A stretch of DNA of 58,329 nucleotides from a virus (IMGVR_UViG_3300033997_000384:1-58329), one strand, 5' to 3'; positions 45,226 to 54,471 are shown, counted from the stretch's first letter. The notes: a model not told the origin generated them from the letters alone. Translations and numbers: made by a program.

Positions 45226-46038
45226 ATGTCCCAAGCCCAAACGCTGCAGCAGCTGCAGCAAACACCCGCCGCCGCGCAACAGAGCGCTGTTGCTGTGAGC
45301 ATGACCAACCTGCAGGGCTTCGAGCTGGCGCAGCGCGCCGCCAAGCTGCTGGCCGCCTCGACCCTGGTGCCGAAGGAGTACCAGGGCAACATGCCCAACT
45401 GCGTCATCGCGCTGAACATGTCGCAGCGCATCGGCGCGGACCCGCTGATGGTGATGCAGAACCTGGTCATCGTGCACGGTCGGCCCACCTGGTCGAGCCA
45501 GTTCCTGATCGCCACCGTGAACACCTGCGGGCGCTTCACCGCGCTGCGCTTCGAGTTCTTCGGCGAACAAGGCACCGATACCTGGGGCTGCCGAGCCTGG
45601 GCCATCGAGAAGGCCACCGGCGAGAAGCTGGTCGGCGCCGACATCACCATCGCCATCGCCAAGTCCGAGGGCTGGTACAGCAAGAACGGCAGCAAGTGGA
45701 AAACCATGCCACAGCAGATGCTCATGTATCGCGCTGGCAGCTGGTGGACCCGCGCCTTTGCGCCGGAGCTGTCGATGGGCCTTCACACCGCCGAGGAAGT
45801 GGGCGACGTGTACGACGCCAGGTCCGATGGCAGCGGCGGCTACAGCGTCGATCTGGAATCGCTGCAGCCCCAGGCGCCGGCCAACGTGAACGCCGAAACC
45901 GGCGAGATCATCGACGTGGAGCCGGAAGCCAGCCCGCAGCCGCAGACCGAGCAGCAGCAAGATCCCGCGCCGGCCACCGGCCAGCAGCAGGCCGAGCCGC
46001 AGCAGCCCAACGAAACCGACGAGCTGGACATGGGCTAA
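45226..46038 (+). CDS. RecT-like single-strand annealing protein
   Basis: VPKEYQG..NC, VMQNL..VHGRP.W, W.TMP.QML.YRA, acidic tail; follows exonuclease. Confidence 0.75.
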   Translation: MSQAQTLQQLQQTPAAAQQSAVAVSMTNLQGFELAQRAAKLLAASTLVPKEYQGNMPNCVIALNMSQRIGADPLMVMQNLVIVHGRPTWSSQFLIATVNTCGRFTALRFEFFGEQGTDTWGCRAWAIEKATGEKLVGADITIAIAKSEGWYSKNGSKWKTMPQQMLMYRAGSWWTRAFAPELSMGLHTAEEVGDVYDARSDGSGGYSVDLESLQPQAPANVNAETGEIIDVEPEASPQPQTEQQQDPAPATGQQQAEPQQPNETDELDMG

Positions 46039-46044
46039 CCGCCC

Positions 46045-46245
46045 ATGGCCTCGCGCACCGTCGCCGAGCAGTTCGACCGCCTGGACGAGTTCACCTCGCT
46101 CCTGGCGGCGGCCGAGCTCAACGCCTCCAACGACTGGGAAATCAAGTTCACCGCCGACGTCAGCGCCAACTACCAGCGCTGGCGCGGCGACATGTACCTG
46201 AGCGAGTCCCAGCTGGAAAACCTCGAACGCATCGCCAACCAGTGA
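46045..46245 (+). CDS. Small hypothetical protein
   Basis: WE.KF..LSESQ..LERIA motif, 66 aa. Confidence 0.7.
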   Translation: MASRTVAEQFDRLDEFTSLLAAAELNASNDWEIKFTADVSANYQRWRGDMYLSESQLENLERIANQ

Positions 46246-46254
46246 GACCTACCG

Positions 46255-47307
46255 ATGACACAAGCAGCAGCTGCAGTACAAACCGCGCCCCAGGCCGCCC
46301 AGGAGATCGCCGAGCAGGTAGTCGAGTCCCTCGCCGACTCCGCTGAAATCGTCGAGCTTCCCAAGCCTTCCCCGATTGAGCTGGCCAGCGAGACGCTGGG
46401 CCACGACCTGCTGCAGGTTCTCCTGCAGGAAGTACGCGCCCTGCCCGACGTCTGGCCGAAGCTGAACGAGAAGAAGCAGGCGGCCGTGATCGAACGCTTC
46501 ACCTCCGTGGTTACGCGCGCCACGACCCACGCCGTGAAGCTGATCGCCGCCGGCGGCAACCCCACCATCAGCGGCATTCTTGAATCCGTCGCCATCAAGG
46601 AGGGCATCAAGGCCACCTTCAAGGTCAGCCAGTTCGATCCGATGCGCCACGAGCTGATCGACAGCCAGGGCAAGGTCTGCTTGCTGGTGGTGGCCAACGC
46701 CGCCGACCACCTGGGCGGCATGGACCAGGTGAAACCTGATCCCGACCAGGGCGAGCTGCTCGAGGACGGCGGCAACTTCGAGGACGACGTGGCGAACGCC
46801 GAAGCCGAGACCGGCCCCGGTAACCAGGACCCGCTCTACACCGAGGCCGTCCAGTACGTGGTGCGCACCCGCCGGCCAGCAATCTCCGCCATCCAGCGCG
46901 AGCTGAAGGTCGGCTACAACCGCGCCGCCCGCATGCTGGAAGCGATGGAGGCTGACCGCGTTGTCGGTCCGGCCGACGAGCACGGCATGCGCCAGGTGCT
47001 GGCCGCCGCCGCGCCGAGCAGCGACGGCGAGCAGGCCGCCCCACTCGACCCGGTGAACAACCCCCCGGCGAAGTACGGCACTTACAGCTACAGCGACGTG
47101 CAGGCTCTGCTGGCCAAGGCTGAGCCCGAAGTCACCCAGGCCTACCTGCAGCACCGCCTGGCCATCGACCAGGCCACGTCTCAGGGCCTACTAATCCGCC
47201 TGCTCGACGACAAAACCATCGTCCTGCAGAGCGAGGCCGAGGTCCCCACCAACAACACCTACCGGGTCGCCGTCTCCCTGGATGACCTGGAACTCAAAAT
47301 GGAGTGA
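46255..47307 (+). CDS. Protein with FtsK gamma winged-helix domain
   Basis: DPLYTEAV..ISAIQRELKVGYNRAARMLEAME..VVG..RQVL. Confidence 0.85.
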   Translation: MTQAAAAVQTAPQAAQEIAEQVVESLADSAEIVELPKPSPIELASETLGHDLLQVLLQEVRALPDVWPKLNEKKQAAVIERFTSVVTRATTHAVKLIAAGGNPTISGILESVAIKEGIKATFKVSQFDPMRHELIDSQGKVCLLVVANAADHLGGMDQVKPDPDQGELLEDGGNFEDDVANAEAETGPGNQDPLYTEAVQYVVRTRRPAISAIQRELKVGYNRAARMLEAMEADRVVGPADEHGMRQVLAAAAPSSDGEQAAPLDPVNNPPAKYGTYSYSDVQALLAKAEPEVTQAYLQHRLAIDQATSQGLLIRLLDDKTIVLQSEAEVPTNNTYRVAVSLDDLELKME

Positions 47308-47312
47308 TCGCC

Positions 47313-49052
47313 ATGCGCGTCGCATCTATCACCGCTTCCAACTTCCAAGGGCTGCGTCACGCGGCCCTTGTTGTTTCTGAGCCTGTGCTGCTGGTCTCCG
47401 GCGACAACGGCGCCGGCAAGTCCTCTCTGCTGGACGCCATCGCCATGGCCTTCACCGGCGAGCCACGCCGCGTCGCCCTGAAGAAGGAAATCGGGCAGCT
47501 CGTCACCGAGGGCCAGACCAAGGGCGAGGCCCATGTGGTCTGGCTCGACCAGGAAGGCGAAGAGCAGACCTCGTGGGTAATGCTGCCGAAAGGCAAGACA
47601 GCCCCGCTGCTCGACGAACCCTACCTGCCCTACGTGCTGGATGCGTCGCGCTTCACCAGCATCGACAGCAAGGAGCGCCGCCGGGTCCTGTTCGACCTGG
47701 CCGGCGCCAGCGCCAGCCCCAACGAGGTTGCCAAGCGCCTGCTCGCCCGCGGAGCTGACGCGACCCTCGTGGAGAAGATCAAGCCCATGATGCGCGCCGG
47801 CTTCCCGGCCGCAGTCGACCAGGCCAAGGAGTACGCGAGCGAAGAGCGCGGCGCCTGGAAGACCATCACCGGCGAGACCTACGGCAGCGAGAAGGCCGAG
47901 AACTGGGAGCCGGAAGCCCTGCAGGCCGAGGTTACCCAGGCCCAGGTCGACGAGGCAAAGGCGCGCGCCGATACCCTGCAGGCCGATCTGGACGAGGCCA
48001 ACCAGGTGCTCGGCGGCCACAAGGCAGCCGCACAAGCTGCTGACCAGCGGCAGCAGACCCTGGCCAACTTGCGAGGCATCGCCGACCTGCTGCAACGCCG
48101 CCGCGACAAGCTGGCCGCGGACCAATCCCGCGTCGACGAGTGGGCGCCGAAGGTGGCCGAGGCCCAACGCGCCGCTTCCGGCGAGCCAGCGCACGATCCG
48201 CTGGAATGCCCGCATTGCGCCGGCCTGCTGCAGCTGAACGGCACCGAGCTGGTTGCATACGTGCAGCCGGAACTGGTCGCCGACCCGGAAGCAGGCAAGC
48301 GCCTGATCGAGTACAGCGGCTATCTGGAGAGCGCGCAGCGCGCTGTAGCGAACAGCCAGCGAGACGTCGCCGAATCGGAGCAGGCCGTTGCGCGCGTCGC
48401 CGAGATGGAAGCGGAAGCCGCCGCCATCCCGTCGCCCGAGGCTATCGCCAACGCCGAGACCACCATCGCCAGCATCCGCCAGGACCGCGACCGGGCCAGC
48501 GCTGCCCACCAGGCCCTGCAGGACGCTCTGGCCCTGAGCACTGGCCGCGAGGAGCTGATCAAGAAAGCCGCCGCGCACCACGCCGCGGTTAAGGCCTGGT
48601 CGGTGATCGCCGCGGCCCTGGCCCCGGATGGCATCCCCGGCGAGATCCTCGCGGAGGCGCTAACGCCGATCAACACCATGCTCGCCAGCATGGCGGCGGC
48701 AGCGAAGTGGCAGGAGGTGAAGGTCACCGACGACGGCGAGATCACCTATGGCGGGCGCCTGTATGGCCTGCTGAGCGAGTCCGAGCAGTGGCGCTGCGAC
48801 GCCCTGCTGGCAGTGGCAATCGCTCGCCTGTCAGGCCTGCGTCTGGTGACGCTGGATCGCTTCGACGTACTGCAGCCTTCGGCACGCCCGCAGATCCTTT
48901 CCCTGCTGCGCACCCTGACCCAGGGCGGCGAGCTGGAAACCGCCATCCTGGCCGGGACCATGAAAGAGGCTCTGCCGAAGGTGCCCAGCGGTATCCAGCA
49001 GGTTTGGATCGCCGGCGGCCAGATCGCGGCGCCCATCAGTGCAGCAGCGTGA
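47313..49052 (+). CDS. SbcC/Rad50-like ABC ATPase
   Basis: GDNGAGKS, coiled coil with CPHC hook, LSESE signature, TLDRFD. Confidence 0.85.
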   Translation: MRVASITASNFQGLRHAALVVSEPVLLVSGDNGAGKSSLLDAIAMAFTGEPRRVALKKEIGQLVTEGQTKGEAHVVWLDQEGEEQTSWVMLPKGKTAPLLDEPYLPYVLDASRFTSIDSKERRRVLFDLAGASASPNEVAKRLLARGADATLVEKIKPMMRAGFPAAVDQAKEYASEERGAWKTITGETYGSEKAENWEPEALQAEVTQAQVDEAKARADTLQADLDEANQVLGGHKAAAQAADQRQQTLANLRGIADLLQRRRDKLAADQSRVDEWAPKVAEAQRAASGEPAHDPLECPHCAGLLQLNGTELVAYVQPELVADPEAGKRLIEYSGYLESAQRAVANSQRDVAESEQAVARVAEMEAEAAAIPSPEAIANAETTIASIRQDRDRASAAHQALQDALALSTGREELIKKAAAHHAAVKAWSVIAAALAPDGIPGEILAEALTPINTMLASMAAAAKWQEVKVTDDGEITYGGRLYGLLSESEQWRCDALLAVAIARLSGLRLVTLDRFDVLQPSARPQILSLLRTLTQGGELETAILAGTMKEALPKVPSGIQQVWIAGGQIAAPISAAA

Positions 49053-49059
49053 GGTGACG

Positions 49060-49428
49060 ATGGAGCACCTGACGACCCTGAACCTGCCCGGCGTACACAA
49101 CCGAGAGGCGGAGCGCCAGAGCTTGGCGGCGCTCACCGCCCACTACCTCGTCGGTGGTGGAGCGGTCGAGCAGCTGAAGATCACCGACCGCAAGCCCGAG
49201 CCGAAAGGCAGTCTCCGCGACCGCCCCGTCATCGTCCGCACAGGCACCACCACCAGGCGCGAGCTGGAGCTACGCGACCAGGAGCTGGCGAAGCGAGCGC
49301 AGGCACTGGCCAACGCTCGCATTCCCGGCGACCGCATCCGCAAAAAGCTGGGCCTCGGCCCGGTGGCATTCGAGCAATTCATCGCGCGGCACGGCATTCG
49401 CCTGCCGGCACAAAGGAGCAAGACATGA
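49060..49428 (+). CDS. Hypothetical protein with C-terminal HTH-like segment
   Basis: GAGGTG RBS, 122 aa. Confidence 0.65.
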   Translation: MEHLTTLNLPGVHNREAERQSLAALTAHYLVGGGAVEQLKITDRKPEPKGSLRDRPVIVRTGTTTRRELELRDQELAKRAQALANARIPGDRIRKKLGLGPVAFEQFIARHGIRLPAQRSKT

Positions 49429-50039
49429 GCCATCCCCACCTGAACATCTTCGACACCGAGACCACCGGTTTTCCCCTCTGGAAGGAGCCGAGCGACGACC
49501 CACGCCAGCCCCACCTGGTGGACATCGCCGCCCTACTCTACAGCCCGACCGGCGAGCTGATCGACAGCTTCGAGACCATCATCCGCCCCGACGGCTGGGT
49601 GATCCCCGACGAGGTGGCCGCCATTCACGGCATCACGACCGAGATGGCGATGGACCTGGGCATTCCCGAGGCAGACGCACTGGAGGGCTTCCTGGCCATC
49701 CACGAGCGCGCGGGCATGCGTGTCGCCCACAACTGCAGCTTCGACGACCGCATCCTGCGCATCGCCCTGATGCGCTACCGCGGAGTGGAAGCGGCAGACG
49801 CCTTCCGGGCGGGCGCCAGCTACTGCACCGCAATCAACTCGAAGCCGATCTGCCAGCTACCGCCGACCGAAGCCATGCTGCGCTCGCGCTTCCGCAACCA
49901 GTTCAAGACCCCGACCCTGGCAGAGGCCCACCAGCACCTGCTCGGCGAGGAGCTGGTCGGCGCCCACCGTGCCCGCACCGACACCGAAGGCTGTGCCCGC
50001 GTCTACTTCGCTCTGCAAGAACGCCTCGCCGCCGCGTAA
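49425..50039 (+). CDS. DEDDh 3'-5' exonuclease (DnaQ-like)
   Basis: FDTETTG, AHN.SFD, AHRA..D. Confidence 0.9.
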   Translation: MSHPHLNIFDTETTGFPLWKEPSDDPRQPHLVDIAALLYSPTGELIDSFETIIRPDGWVIPDEVAAIHGITTEMAMDLGIPEADALEGFLAIHERAGMRVAHNCSFDDRILRIALMRYRGVEAADAFRAGASYCTAINSKPICQLPPTEAMLRSRFRNQFKTPTLAEAHQHLLGEELVGAHRARTDTEGCARVYFALQERLAAA

Positions 50040-50087
50040 CACCCGCCGCCTATGGGCGGCCACTATTCCCCCCGCCTGGACCACACC

Positions 50088-50915
50088 ATGACCGCCGCAG
50101 CCAAGCTGCTGCCCGGCCAAGACCCGGGCGCGCACCGCAAAAACCTAATCAAGCTGCTGGAGCAGGCCAGCCGGCGCCATCACCTCTGGGAGGTGTTCGG
50201 CGACTTCATCGAGATGTCCGCCCTGGCCATGGCCAACAGCGTCGACCTGGCCCAGCGCGACGAGCGCGAGGCCCGCTACATGCGGCTGATTCAGCGCTAC
50301 GAGCCGGACGAGGTGAAGCTGTTCCCCATGATGCTCGGCGAGCTGGTCTGCGCCCTGGAGTACGGGCCCGACGACGTGCTCGGCAAGGTGTTCGGCGAGC
50401 TTGAGCTGGGCAACAGCGCCCGCGGCCAGTTCTTCACGCCCTACTCCGTGAGCGCGGCCATGGCCCGCCTGCTGGTCGGCGACGGCGCCGAGTTGCGCGA
50501 GCGCATCGAGCAGCGCGGCTTCATCCGCCTGAACGAGCCAGCAGCCGGCGCAGGCGCCATGGTCATCGCCATGGCCGAGGCCATGCAGGACCAGCAGATC
50601 AACTACCAGCAGCACCTGCACGTCGTTGCCCAAGACGTGGACTCCCGCGCAGTGCACATGGCCTACCTGCAGTTCAGCCTGCTGCACATCCCCGCCGTGG
50701 TGATTCTCGGCAACACCCTCGCCTTGGAAGAGCGCGAGCACTGGTACACCCCGGCCCACATCCTCGGCCTCTGGGGCACCAAGCTGCGCCGCGGCTATGC
50801 CCTGGGCAGCGCCATGGACGGGCGCCCGGCCGAAGCGCCACCGGCGCCGGCCCCCACCCCGATCTACATCCCCACGCTGTCGGCCGCCCTGGGCGAGCAG
50901 ATGGCCCTGTTCTGA
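50088..50915 (+). CDS. N6-adenine methyltransferase-like SAM-binding protein lacking motif IV
   Basis: GQFFTP, EPAAGAG, QDVD, GNTL; no NPPY/DPPY afterwards. Confidence 0.75.
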   Translation: MTAAAKLLPGQDPGAHRKNLIKLLEQASRRHHLWEVFGDFIEMSALAMANSVDLAQRDEREARYMRLIQRYEPDEVKLFPMMLGELVCALEYGPDDVLGKVFGELELGNSARGQFFTPYSVSAAMARLLVGDGAELRERIEQRGFIRLNEPAAGAGAMVIAMAEAMQDQQINYQQHLHVVAQDVDSRAVHMAYLQFSLLHIPAVVILGNTLALEEREHWYTPAHILGLWGTKLRRGYALGSAMDGRPAEAPPAPAPTPIYIPTLSAALGEQMALF

Positions 50916-50922
50916 GGTACGC

Positions 50923-51168
50923 ATGAACATCTATCGGCACACCTTCGCCGCCACCTGCCCGAACGATGGCGAGCTGATCATCTACAGGCTGGAGATCAAG
51001 ACGAACGAGATGATCTTCGTCGAGCATCTCAAGGCCGAAACGGCACTGATCAAAACCGGCATTCAGGAGCGGATAGCGGATCGGCTGCAGCAGCGCTTCG
51101 GTGGCGAGCAGACGATGGTTGCAACCCACCAGGGCATCGAGATTGAGACCCAGCGGAAGCCGGTGTGA
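50923..51168 (+). CDS. 81-aa QueF-like T-fold protein
   Basis: F..TCP..G..Y.L.I..VE.L..QE.IA..L..GI.I resembles the unimodular QueF pattern; GAGGT RBS. Confidence 0.55.
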   Translation: MNIYRHTFAATCPNDGELIIYRLEIKTNEMIFVEHLKAETALIKTGIQERIADRLQQRFGGEQTMVATHQGIEIETQRKPV

Positions 51169-51896
51169 TGATCCACTACCACGGCACGCCAATCGGCGGC
51201 ACACGCCAAGACGCAGCGCGCCTACTGGCTGGTCGTCATGCCCTGGTGCCATTTCCGCGGCAGGACGACATGGGCATCGTTGCCGAGGCCTGCCAGTCCT
51301 TCGTGTTCGATAACGGCGCGTTCACGGTATGGCGCAAAGGCGGCCAGCTCGACGTCGGCGGTTACCTTCGCTGGGTCGATGACTGGCACCGACACCCCGG
51401 CTTCGACTGGGCGCTCATTCCTGACGTGATCGACGGGGACGAAGACGCCAACGACCTCCTGCTGGAGCAGTGGCCGGCGCACCTGCCAGGCGTGCCTGTC
51501 TGGCACCTGCATGAGTCGCTGGAACGCCTGCAGCGGCTGGCCAGCACATGGCGCACGGTGGCCTTTGGCAGCTCCGGCCAATGGTCCTCTCCTGGCACCA
51601 CGCCCTGGTGGGCGCGCATGAGCGCAGCGATGGAGGCGATCTGCGACGACCATGGCCGCCCGCGCTGCCGGCTGCACGGCCTTCGCATGCTCGACCCAGA
51701 CATTTTCTCCCGTCTTCCATTCGCCAGTGCAGACAGCACCAACGCAGCAGTCAACGGCGGCAGCACCGGCCGCTTTGGCATGTACGTGCCGCCGACTGCT
51801 GGCCAGCGCGCGCAGGTCATTGCTGACCGTATCGAATCTCACAACTCAGCACCGGCCTGGGTCCGCAGCGGCCAGGCCGAACTCGCATTCCTCTAG
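51165..51896 (+). CDS. TGT/DpdA-like transglycosylase-fold protein
   Basis: FDNGAF, PDVIDGD, PVWH, VAFG, LHGL, SADST in TGT-family order. Confidence 0.7.
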   Translation: MMIHYHGTPIGGTRQDAARLLAGRHALVPFPRQDDMGIVAEACQSFVFDNGAFTVWRKGGQLDVGGYLRWVDDWHRHPGFDWALIPDVIDGDEDANDLLLEQWPAHLPGVPVWHLHESLERLQRLASTWRTVAFGSSGQWSSPGTTPWWARMSAAMEAICDDHGRPRCRLHGLRMLDPDIFSRLPFASADSTNAAVNGGSTGRFGMYVPPTAGQRAQVIADRIESHNSAPAWVRSGQAELAFL

Positions 51897-51905
51897 GACC
51901 TCTGC

Positions 51906-53582
51906 ATGATCATCAAGCGCACCCTCAAACACTTTCACATGTGCTGCGGCCTCGGCGGCGGCGCCAAGGGCTTCAACCGCGCCAAGCCCGTCGTCGGCAA
52001 CATGCAGGCCGAATGGCTGTGCGTCGGTGGCATCGACGTCGACCCGGCCGGGCTGCGCGATTTCCAGCGCCTGGCCGGCGTGCCTGGCACCCTGATGGAT
52101 CTGTTCACCCGTGAGCAGTACACCGCCTTCCACGGGAAGGAGCCGCCCGCCGGCTGGCGGGAGGCCACTGCAGAGGATGTCCGCCGCGCCGCGAACTACC
52201 AGGACCCCGACGCCGTGTTCATCAGCAGCCCGTGCAAAGGCGCCAGCGGCCTGCTGTCCGAATCAATGAGCCTGACCCCGAAGTATCAGGCCCTGAACGA
52301 GCTGACCCTGCGCTGCGTCTGGCTCATGTGCGAGGCCTGGAAGCACAACCCGGTCAGCCTGATCGTGTTCGAGAATGTCCCGCGCCTGGCCACCCGCGGC
52401 CGGCACCTGCTGGACCAGATCGGCAAGATCCTGGAGTTCTACGGCTACGCCGTCGCAGAGACCACCCACGACTGCGGCGTGATCGGCGGTCTGGCTCAAT
52501 CCCGCAAGCGCTTCCTGCTGGTGGCGCGCCACATCGAGAAGGTTCCGCCCTTCCTGTACGAGCCCGAGAAAAAGAACCTGCGCGCCGTGGGCGACGTGCT
52601 CGGCCGCATGCCCCTGGCTGGGGACATCGAGGCCGCTGGCCCGATGCACCGTGTGCCGGCCTTGCAGTGGAAAACCTGGGTGCGCCTGGCCCTGGTCGAA
52701 GCGGGCAAGGACTGGCGTTCGCTGAACAACCTGGCCATTGAGGACGGCTACCTGCGCGATCTGATCATCGTGCCGGAAATGCGCAATGGAGTGCTCGGCG
52801 TGCGCGACTGGCACGGTGCCGTCGGCACCGTTGCAGGCGAATCGCTCCCAACCAATGGCGCTTTCTCGGTCGCCGATCCTCGCGCACCGGCTGAGGCCCT
52901 GCAGTACCAGCAGTACGGCGTGCGGCAGTGGAACGAAACCAGCGGCGCCATCATCGGCGTCAAGTCGCCAGGGCAAGGCACCTTCAGCGTTGCTGACCCA
53001 CGGCCGAACTGGAATCGCCACAGTGGCAACTACCGGGTAGTCCCGTTCGATCGGCCGGCCGGCACCATCATCGCCGGGGGCAAGGGCGTGCAGGGCGGAC
53101 AACTGTCGATCGCCGACCCGCGCGTGCTCAACCGTGGCAAGGGCGATGCCTACCTGACAGGAGGCCACTACGGGGTTGTCGACTGGAACGGCCAGGCCGG
53201 CGCGGTATCCGCCAGCGCGCGGCAGGACAACGGCCGATGGTCTGTCGCTGATCCACGTATGCCGGCGGCGAATGATCGCCTCACCTGCATCATCACCAGC
53301 CTGGACAACACCTGGCACCGCCCCTTCACCACCCTGGAGCTGGCAGCGCTGCAGAGCCTGGTAGACCCCGAGGAGCAGCTGGAGCTGGACGGGCTCAGCG
53401 ACCAGGCCTGGCGCGAACGCATCGGTAACGCGGTACCGCCGTCGGCAGCCGAGGCCATCGCGCATGTCATGGGCACCACCCTGCTGCTGGCCGGCGCCGG
53501 CGAGACCTTCATGCTTAGCAATATGCCGATCTGGGTGCGCCCGGTGGCGGTGGGCTTGAGCGTGGCGGAGCGTGCGCAATAA
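51906..53582 (+). CDS. C5-cytosine DNA methyltransferase with four internal SxADPR repeats
   Basis: CGLGG, SPC, ENV, QSRKR, IGNAV motifs. Confidence 0.9.
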   Translation: MIIKRTLKHFHMCCGLGGGAKGFNRAKPVVGNMQAEWLCVGGIDVDPAGLRDFQRLAGVPGTLMDLFTREQYTAFHGKEPPAGWREATAEDVRRAANYQDPDAVFISSPCKGASGLLSESMSLTPKYQALNELTLRCVWLMCEAWKHNPVSLIVFENVPRLATRGRHLLDQIGKILEFYGYAVAETTHDCGVIGGLAQSRKRFLLVARHIEKVPPFLYEPEKKNLRAVGDVLGRMPLAGDIEAAGPMHRVPALQWKTWVRLALVEAGKDWRSLNNLAIEDGYLRDLIIVPEMRNGVLGVRDWHGAVGTVAGESLPTNGAFSVADPRAPAEALQYQQYGVRQWNETSGAIIGVKSPGQGTFSVADPRPNWNRHSGNYRVVPFDRPAGTIIAGGKGVQGGQLSIADPRVLNRGKGDAYLTGGHYGVVDWNGQAGAVSASARQDNGRWSVADPRMPAANDRLTCIITSLDNTWHRPFTTLELAALQSLVDPEEQLELDGLSDQAWRERIGNAVPPSAAEAIAHVMGTTLLLAGAGETFMLSNMPIWVRPVAVGLSVAERAQ

Positions 53583-53657
53583 AAGCTGCTCGACTCGCAG
53601 AAAATGGCGACTCGACGGGGGCTATTACCTACAACCCATCAACCGTAGGAGGTAGCT

Positions 53658-53714
53658 ATGCACCCCGCAGCCATTGTGATTGTGATCTGCATCGTGCTGA
53701 TCGCGCTGCTGTAG
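53658..53714 (+). CDS. 18-aa hydrophobic peptide MHPAAIVIVICIVLIALL (type I toxin-like)
   Basis: AGGAGG RBS at 53647-53652; ATG 53658 to TAG 53714. Confidence 0.6.
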   Translation: MHPAAIVIVICIVLIALL

Positions 53715-53865
53715 CACTGAGCCACCCTGCCCGGCCGTCATCCTTGCCCGATGCGCGGCCGGCGGGCGTGGTCCGGAGTATAGGGCGGGGCCACGACCTG
53801 ACCAGGGACATGACGCCGCAGGCGACGGGCGAGACTCGACGGGCGCGATACAGGCTGCAAAAATA

Positions 53866-53881
53866 CTGTACGCATAAACAG
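53866..53881. promoter_or_regulatory. LexA (SOS) box
   Basis: taCTGTACGCATAAACAGta, near consensus. Confidence 0.85.
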
Positions 53882-53893
53882 TATTCAGCCGCC

Positions 53894-54250
53894 ATGCACT
53901 TCAAGATCAGACAGCTCTACCACCACGGTAAGAAGCGATCTCAGTACGACCTGGACAGAGACCCGCGCATTCTCGGCGACGTGCAAATCCACATGGAGCA
54001 GCGAACCCCGATGGGCTGGCCGTCCCTGTGCGCCTACCTGTTCAAGTCATCACCACACCAGCCAGACGCGCTGCCCAGGCTCTACGACGTGCGCCTGGAA
54101 GGCATGGCCACCCTCGGCCTGGTGATCGTGGGTGTGGAAGTGATCGACGGGCAGCAGTACCAGCAGGCCTGGCACTGCGCTCCGCCGGATGGCGCGGTGG
54201 TTATTCCGTGGACCTTGTGCCCACGCGGGCCCTTAGATGAACTGATCTAG
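53894..54250 (+). CDS. SOS-box-preceded hypothetical protein
   Basis: LPRLYDVRL..GVEVIDG..Y.QAWHC; ATG 12 bp after the LexA box. Confidence 0.7.
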   Translation: MHFKIRQLYHHGKKRSQYDLDRDPRILGDVQIHMEQRTPMGWPSLCAYLFKSSPHQPDALPRLYDVRLEGMATLGLVIVGVEVIDGQQYQQAWHCAPPDGAVVIPWTLCPRGPLDELI

Positions 54251-54279
54251 GGCCCTTAGATCACTTTCAGCCCGCGCTT

Positions 54280-54462
54280 TCAGCGCTCTTTCGGCGGCGA
54301 CGGAACATTGGCCGGACTGTCACCATGGCTCGTCGGCTGGTACCCCGCACCGGGCTCAGGGCGGCTTACCGGTACGCTTTGAACAGGCTGATACCCCCTC
54401 CGCTCAAGCCCTGGCTGCCATCCATCGAAAGTTGGTACAGACCTATCTTTATCTTTGCTCAT
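54280..54462 (-). CDS. 60-aa Pro-rich peptide with three G(W/Y)QP repeats
   Basis: GAGGA RBS; starts 9 bp after upstream stop. Confidence 0.7.
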   Translation of the reverse strand: MSKDKDRSVPTFDGWQPGLERRGYQPVQSVPVSRPEPGAGYQPTSHGDSPANVPSPPKER

Positions 54463-54471
54463 TGCTATTCC

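Noticed and set aside
54227-54261. 12-bp direct repeat GGGCCCTTAGAT (two copies) with a small dyad
   Set aside because: Only two copies 11 bp apart; most simply a junction scar or terminator of the neighbouring moron
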